64,000 nucleotides of DNA, taken from the NCBI GenBank assembly GCA_965207735.1, contig OZ242296.1:2880001-2944000 (forward strand). The letters are read 5' to 3'. The DNA is from Candidatus Versatilivorator sp. (lineage in GTDB: Bacteria; Acidobacteriota; Terriglobia; Versatilivoradales; Versatilivoraceae). Numbering within the stretch: the stretch's first letter is position 1; the number at the start of each line of letters is the position of its first letter. Shown in pieces: positions 58,680 to 64,000 of the stretch. Under the pieces are notes generated by a model that saw nothing but the letters and a program-made list of their open reading frames with translations, had not been told where the DNA came from and ran no database searches. The translations under genes were made by a program, and so were the position numbers.

Positions 58680-60296
58680 ATGAATTTCGACACGGGAGCT
58701 TTCCCACGACGGGCCGCTTTCCTTCTGTCGGCCGCTCTGCCACTGCTGGCAGCGTCTCTCTCGGCGGCCCCGGCCAAGGACCGCCCTAACATCCTCTTCA
58801 TCGCCGCCGACGATCTGCGCCCCCTGCTGGGCTGCTACGGAGAGCAGGCCGTTGAGACCCCCGGCATCGACCGGCTGGCCGCCCGGGGGACCACCTTTCG
58901 CCGGGCCTACTGCCAGGCACCCCAATGCAGTCCATCTCGAGTTTCCCTGATGTTCGGACTGCGGCCCGACACCACCGGCCACTACTCCAATCGCCACCCC
59001 TTCCACCGCGAACGCTTCCGGGAAAACCCCAGCCTCCCCGAGCACTTCAAGAACCACGGCTATCACACCCAGTCCTTCGGCAAGATCTACCACAACGAAA
59101 CCGACCATCCGGAGGGCTGGTCCGTGCCCAGCTCGCCGGGGCGGAAGCGGGAGATGTGGGAAACGGTGGATGAAGCAGCCATCGCCGGGGTGGAGTTCGC
59201 CCAGCGGGCGCAGGTACCCACCGTCATTCCTCCCAGAAACGATTGTCCGGCCATCCAGGCTCCCGACGTCCCCGACGAAGCCCTCTACGGCGGACGCATG
59301 ACCGCACAGGCCATCGCGGCCATGGCGGCCGTCAAGGACCGGCCCTTCTTTCTGGCCGTGGGCTACTACCGCCCCCACCTGCCCCTGGTCGCTCCCAAGA
59401 AATACTTCGACAAGTACCCGCTCAACCGCATCCGGCTTCCGGAGCACCGCCAGCCCCCGGCCGGCGCGCCTCTCTGGTCGATCTACAACTCGGTGACCTA
59501 CTGGCATCCCAGGGCCCGGGAAGTCTGGCGCATCGACCTGGATTTTCCCAAGTACCCCTCCACCCGGGAAGAGGCGCTCCGCTTTGCCGGCTGGGAGTTG
59601 CGCAGCTACCAGGGCATCCCTCCCGGCGGGCCTATTTCCGACTCCCTCCAGGCCCGGGTCTGGCAAGCCTATCTGGCCTGTGTCAGCTACATGGATGCCC
59701 AGGTGGGACGGCTGCTGCAGGCACTGGAAACCTACGGGCTCTCCGACAAGACCATCGTGGTGTTCTGGGGAGACCACGGGTGGCACCTGGGCGAGCACGG
59801 CACCTGGGCCAAGATGACCCTGTTCGAGTGGGCCACTCGGGTGCCTATGTTGATTGCAGCGCCCGGCCGCTCCCAACCCTCGCGGGTCGAGTCGCTGGTG
59901 GAGCTGGTGGACCTCTACCCGACCCTCTGTCGGCTGGCCGGTCTGCCCATTCCGAGGCACGTGGAGGGGAGCGACCTGGTTCCCCTGTTGAGGGACCCGG
60001 AACGGTCCTGGAAGCGGGCCGCCTTCAGCCACTTCCCCCGGCACGACCACAGCATGGGTCAATCCATGCGAACCGACCGCTACCGCTACACCGAATGGGT
60101 GGGGCTGGACGGCCGCCTCAAGGGCACGGAGCTCTACGACCATAACGACGACCCGCTGGAACTGGTCAACCTGGCGGCCTCCCCGGCCAGCGCCCGGACC
60201 GTGGAGCAACTCGCCCTCCAGATGAAGGCTGGATGGCGCGCGGCACGGCCTGCTGGCGGGGAAAATGGGTCCGGGAATAGCGGTCCTGCAGAATGA
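58680..60296 (+). CDS. Sulfatase (iduronate-2-sulfatase/choline sulfatase-like)
   Basis: PNILFIAADDLRP, CSPSR, GKIYH, PHLP, GDHGWHLGEH..WAK. Confidence 0.92.
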   Translation: MNFDTGAFPRRAAFLLSAALPLLAASLSAAPAKDRPNILFIAADDLRPLLGCYGEQAVETPGIDRLAARGTTFRRAYCQAPQCSPSRVSLMFGLRPDTTGHYSNRHPFHRERFRENPSLPEHFKNHGYHTQSFGKIYHNETDHPEGWSVPSSPGRKREMWETVDEAAIAGVEFAQRAQVPTVIPPRNDCPAIQAPDVPDEALYGGRMTAQAIAAMAAVKDRPFFLAVGYYRPHLPLVAPKKYFDKYPLNRIRLPEHRQPPAGAPLWSIYNSVTYWHPRAREVWRIDLDFPKYPSTREEALRFAGWELRSYQGIPPGGPISDSLQARVWQAYLACVSYMDAQVGRLLQALETYGLSDKTIVVFWGDHGWHLGEHGTWAKMTLFEWATRVPMLIAAPGRSQPSRVESLVELVDLYPTLCRLAGLPIPRHVEGSDLVPLLRDPERSWKRAAFSHFPRHDHSMGQSMRTDRYRYTEWVGLDGRLKGTELYDHNDDPLELVNLAASPASARTVEQLALQMKAGWRAARPAGGENGSGNSGPAE

Positions 60297-60508
60297 CCCT
60301 GGTCACTCGCATCCAAGTGTCCAAGTGACCCCCTGGATTGCACAGCAACATCCATGCCGTGTTCGGCTGATACCGTGGTACCATCAAAGCACTCCCTCAG
60401 CCAGCACAGCCAGCACCATGCAAGGTAAAGAGAATCAATGATATCCGGCGTTGGTCAACAAGATTGATCGACAAGCCGGACAGTCAACAGGCGAAGGGAC
60501 CAGGAACA

Positions 60509-60742
60509 ATGAGCAGCGAAGAAATCACCCAATTGGAGTTGCGCCTGACCAAGGCCATGGGTGAGATGGAAGTCCGCGTTACCAACGCCATCCATCAGGT
60601 CCGCACGGATCTGTCCAGGGAAGTTTCCGACCTGAGGTCGGATGTTTCCAGGTTGCAGGGCGGGTTGAAGTATGTGAATGCCTTTCTGGGCGCTATCGGT
60701 CTATTTGTTGGGGGCGCTGTCATCAAATATCTGCCGACCTGA
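60509..60742 (+). CDS. Small coiled-coil protein with C-terminal TM helix
   Basis: Heptad repeats then a hydrophobic C-terminus. Confidence 0.6.
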   Translation: MSSEEITQLELRLTKAMGEMEVRVTNAIHQVRTDLSREVSDLRSDVSRLQGGLKYVNAFLGAIGLFVGGAVIKYLPT

Positions 60743-60774
60743 ACCTACCCAAGCCCTCATCTCTCAACGCGGCC

Positions 60775-60866
60775 ATTGCTGCCGCCGCCTACGCGGCTCA
60801 ACTCACACCCCAACCCTTTCCATGGGCTTACGCCCACGGCTACCTGCTGCCGCCGCATTCGCGGCT
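60775..60866. repeat. REP-like family B copy (opposite orientation to 58498)
   Basis: GCCGCCTACGCGGCTC...CCATGGGCTTACGCCCACGGCTACCTGCTGCCGCCGCATTCGCGGCT. Confidence 0.85.
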
Positions 60867-60912
60867 ACATGGAGGCCCCGGGCTTGCGCCTGGGGGCGTA
60901 GGCAGAGTAGCG

Positions 60913-61360
60913 TACGGAGTAGGGGACGTTACGGAGTAGGGGACGTTGTTGAATTACTGGAATAACTTGGATCGGCGGTTTCTGAATTCCTGTTGTTAGA
61001 CAACGTCCCCTACTCGTTCCCCTCGAGTTATTCCACTAATTCAACAACGTCCCCTGGTGCACCCCAGCCTCAAGACCCTGCTGGACGACCTCGCTACCCT
61101 GACCCTCAACCAGGTGACCTTGCCCACCAACCCCGACCAGGGGTTCCCCATGATCGCCCAGGCCACCCCGCTGCAACGCAAGGCCTTTGAACTGCTGGAG
61201 GTCGAGCCGGGTAAAATTGTTCTCAGTACGATGCCAGTTTGAATCCGTCTAAATCACGGGTATTGTGGAGGTATTGTTGATTTTGAGAGATGAGGTTCCG
61301 TTTGAACAACGTCCCCTACTCGTTCCCCTCGAGTTATTCCACTAATTCAACAACGTCCCC
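60913..61360. repeat. Family G cluster: 17-bp tandem duplication, forward copy at 60937, and a 55-bp direct repeat of reverse copies (61000-61054, 61306-61360)
   Basis: Direct sequence comparison. Confidence 0.9.
61057..61242 (+). pseudogene. C-terminal fragment of an IS1634-like transposase
   Basis: SLKTLLDDLATLTLNQV...ATPLQRKAFELL. Confidence 0.65.
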
Positions 61361-61479
61361 GGGTGCACACTTGAGGGAGAGTCGGCGAGACCAGGGCGAA
61401 GCCCGCGGTCGACCCGGAGGGGGGCAAACGCGGCGTCCCGTCAGTGATTCTCGGTTGCGCTTTGGCGAGAACTGCCGCC

Positions 61480-62574
61480 TCATCCCCCATCCCGCCCCTG
61501 CCGGATCTTCCACACCCCGATGGTCAGCACCGGCAGGACGTAGCAGAGAATCACTCCCCAGGTGGCGGTTCCGTAGCCCTGGGCCACCAGGTTTTTCAAT
61601 CCCAGTGGGGCCATCGACGTGGCCGCCAGCAGCAGCAGGAGCGCCACCGCCGGGCGGAGATAGGCCGGCAGGACTGCCCGGCGTTCAGCCAGAACGCCCG
61701 CCACTCTTTCGTTGAAGGCGTGAATCATCCCGGTTCCGGACTCGATCAGCGTGCCCAGCAGGACTACCTGGAAAATAACCTGGAAAGCGGTGGACCCCAG
61801 GGCCTCCAGAAGAAAATTGGCGGGAACGGTCTGATCCACCACCGCCGGATACTGGGTGACCATGGCCAGATAAAAGAAAGAGGCCGGGATCATGCCGATG
61901 GGCCCCACCAGTATCCCGGCCCCGACCGCTTCCCGGCGTCTCTCGATGTGGCGGGTACAGAACAGAAGGGCCGGGATGGCGACCATGTTGTACCCGGCAT
62001 ACTTGACCCCCGCCAGGAACCAGCCCGGCTTGATTTCCAGCGAGGGCCAGGGCTTGTCTCCAAAAAACTGGGAGAGGCTCCAGACCAGGAAGACCAGGTA
62101 GATGGCGTAGAGGACGAAAGACCACAACGCAAAGGACTTCTCGATCACCGTGGTTCCCTTGAAGACCAGGAACCCCACGCAGGCCATGATGCCGATGACC
62201 CCGGCGTAGTAAGGGAGGGAGAAGACGGCTTCGACGATGCTGCCGCTGGCGGCGGCGATGACCGCCAGTCCCAGTAGCATCATGACCAGGTAGCAGATCT
62301 CGTAAAGGAACCACCAGCGGTGGAGCAGCTGTCGGGTGAAGGCCCGGTAGTCATAGGAACCGGTCCGCCGCGCCAGCTCGAAGGTCACCAGGCAGACGGC
62401 CGACCAGATGGCCGTCGACAGCCCCATCCCCAGCAGCCCGCCCAGGGGACCGAACTGCAGGAAATACTCCACCAGTTCCCGGCCGGTGCCGTAGCCGCCG
62501 CCGATGACAATGGACTGAAAGACGAAGCCGGGCAGCAGGTATTTCCTGAAAAAGGGCGCGTCGAGCATAGTCAC
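61480..62574 (-). CDS. YkvI-like membrane protein/transporter
   Basis: VIGGGYGTGRELVEYF motif; about 10 TM segments. Confidence 0.82.
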   Translation of the reverse strand: MTMLDAPFFRKYLLPGFVFQSIVIGGGYGTGRELVEYFLQFGPLGGLLGMGLSTAIWSAVCLVTFELARRTGSYDYRAFTRQLLHRWWFLYEICYLVMMLLGLAVIAAASGSIVEAVFSLPYYAGVIGIMACVGFLVFKGTTVIEKSFALWSFVLYAIYLVFLVWSLSQFFGDKPWPSLEIKPGWFLAGVKYAGYNMVAIPALLFCTRHIERRREAVGAGILVGPIGMIPASFFYLAMVTQYPAVVDQTVPANFLLEALGSTAFQVIFQVVLLGTLIESGTGMIHAFNERVAGVLAERRAVLPAYLRPAVALLLLLAATSMAPLGLKNLVAQGYGTATWGVILCYVLPVLTIGVWKIRQGRDGG

Positions 62575-62654
62575 TACCTAATCAAGCCTCTCTGGTGGAC
62601 TGCGGTTTTTTGTGGTTCTGGGGAGGCCGCGGGTTCGGGGACGCCACTCCTAAT

Positions 62655-62805
62655 TCGCCGCCTACGCGGCTATGTCGGCGCAGGGCTCACACGACCCCGG
62701 GCTTCCACCCGGGGCTACACGAGGCCGCAGCTTCGCTGCTTGATAAGGAAGACCTGTAGGCAACCTTGTCTCAGGTAGCCCACGCCAACCGCCGCATTCG
62801 CGGCT
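62655..62805. repeat. Diverged REP-like family B cluster
   Basis: CGCCGCCTACGCGGCT, CCCCGGGCTTCCACCCGGGG, CCGCCGCATTCGCGGCT. Confidence 0.7.
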
Positions 62806-62900
62806 CTCCCCTAACCCGCAACACTGCCATCGGATGGAATTTTCCAATCGACGATCTCCTGCTCCGGGCGTCGTCGGAGTTCGAAGTCGAGCCCTTGCCG

Positions 62901-64000
62901 TCAGATGACGCCCTTCTCCCGGAGTTGCCGGATCCGGTCCGGCGTCATCTCGAGAGTGTCCCCCAGAATCCGGTCGGTGTGCTCCCCCAGTCCGGGGCCC
63001 CGGCGGTGGGTCGGGGCGTGGTCGCTGATCTTGATGGCGCCGGCTACCTGACGCACCACACCCAGATCCGGGTGGTCGGTCTCGAGGATCATGCCGCCTT
63101 CCCGCACTTGCGGATCCTGGAGGGCCTCTGCCACCGAGTTGACCGGCGCGCAGGGAACCTGGCCCTTCAGCAGCCGCAGCCAATCGGCGGTGGTGCGGGT
63201 CCGGGTGCGCTCTTTCAGAAGGGGCGCCAGGTCCTCACGGTGCTTCAGCCTCTGGGCAAAGGTGTCGAACCGGGGATCCCGGGCCAGCTCCGGAGCTCCC
63301 AGGATCCGGACCAGGTTGCGGTAGAACTTTTCCTTGGCGCACATGACCACCAGCCAGCCGTCCCGGGTGGGCAGCAACTGGCTGGGCACCTGGGTCGGAT
63401 GGGAGGAATCGGGAGTGCGCTCAGGCCGGTAGCCGTTGGTCAGGTGCCAGGCCCCCACATAGCCCAGTTGGGAAAGGGCGGTGTCGAACAGGCTGACGTC
63501 CACGTCGCAGCCCACTCCGGTGCCGCGGGCGCGCATCACGGCGCTCACCAGGCCCAGGGCCGCCAGGGCTCCCGCGCCCAGATCCACCAGCGACAGCCCG
63601 GCCTTTTGCGGCGGGCCCTGGGGGTCACCGGTCAGGCTCATCCAGCCGGCATACCCCTGCATCAGGTAGTCGTACCCGGGTTCGGCGGCCCGCGCGCCGC
63701 TGCGACCGAAGGCCGAGAGGGAGGCACAGACGATGGAGCGCTTTACCGGGGCGAGGCTCGTGTAGTCCAGGCCCATGCGGGAAGGCAGGTCGCCGCGCAG
63801 GTTGTTGAAGACGCAGTCGGATCGATCGACCAGGGGATGGAGCACGTCCGACGCCTCGGGATGGTTCAGGTTGAGGGTGATGCTCTTCTTGTTCCGGTTG
63901 AAGCTCTGGAAGTAGACGCTGTCGTCGCCTTCGATTTCGGAGGCCACATGGCGGGCGATGTCGCCTCGGCTGAGGGGGTTTTCGATCTTGATCACCTCCG
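62901..64000 (-). CDS. CaiB/BaiF family III CoA transferase (5' end beyond the window)
   Basis: VIKIENP..GD.AR, NRNKKSITLNL, NLR, SAFG..G, PGYD. Confidence 0.92.
   Translation of the reverse strand, partial: EVIKIENPLSRGDIARHVASEIEGDDSVYFQSFNRNKKSITLNLNHPEASDVLHPLVDRSDCVFNNLRGDLPSRMGLDYTSLAPVKRSIVCASLSAFGRSGARAAEPGYDYLMQGYAGWMSLTGDPQGPPQKAGLSLVDLGAGALAALGLVSAVMRARGTGVGCDVDVSLFDTALSQLGYVGAWHLTNGYRPERTPDSSHPTQVPSQLLPTRDGWLVVMCAKEKFYRNLVRILGAPELARDPRFDTFAQRLKHREDLAPLLKERTRTRTTADWLRLLKGQVPCAPVNSVAEALQDPQVREGGMILETDHPDLGVVRQVAGAIKISDHAPTHRRGPGLGEHTDRILGDTLEMTPDRIRQLREKGVI

Noticed and set aside
60913-61360. Family G repeats as a CRISPR array
   Set aside because: Mixed orientations, irregular spacers of 58-250 bp, dispersed loci and no cas genes.

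Overview
GC-rich bacterial chromosomal window. The gene content (PhyH dioxygenase, sulfatases, sialidase-like, LRR/TPR/pentapeptide proteins, abundant REP-type repeats) suggests an Acidobacteriota/PVC-like organism, possibly host-associated; this is inference only. Catabolic blocks (28.4-39.7 kb, 52-64 kb) alternate with accessory DNA. The accessory DNA includes: (1) a ~3 kb integrase + Rep-like mini element (0.75-3.8 kb); (2) a tightly coupled four-gene candidate anti-phage operon (8.4-15.8 kb): 'RDPLG' protein, dual-HxK PLD nuclease, 1195-aa SF2/SNF2 helicase with a C-terminal YbjN/CesT-like domain, and a small YbjN-like protein; (3) a group II intron inserted exactly between the last sense codon and the stop codon of a methyltransferase; (4) IS1634 nested in IS1182; (5) an AbiE type IV TA next to tRNA-Lys; (6) a decayed plasmid-derived island at tRNA-His (Mrr-like nuclease, RepA pseudogene, P63C, AbiV-like) with two near-identical IS1380 copies. 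A dispersed ~30-bp repeat (TAGGGGACGTTGTTGAATTACTGGAATAACT) occurs at four loci, often as inverted pairs, and each time next to foreign or truncated DNA. No CRISPR array or rRNA was seen. All product calls come from motif recognition by eye; no database search was run.
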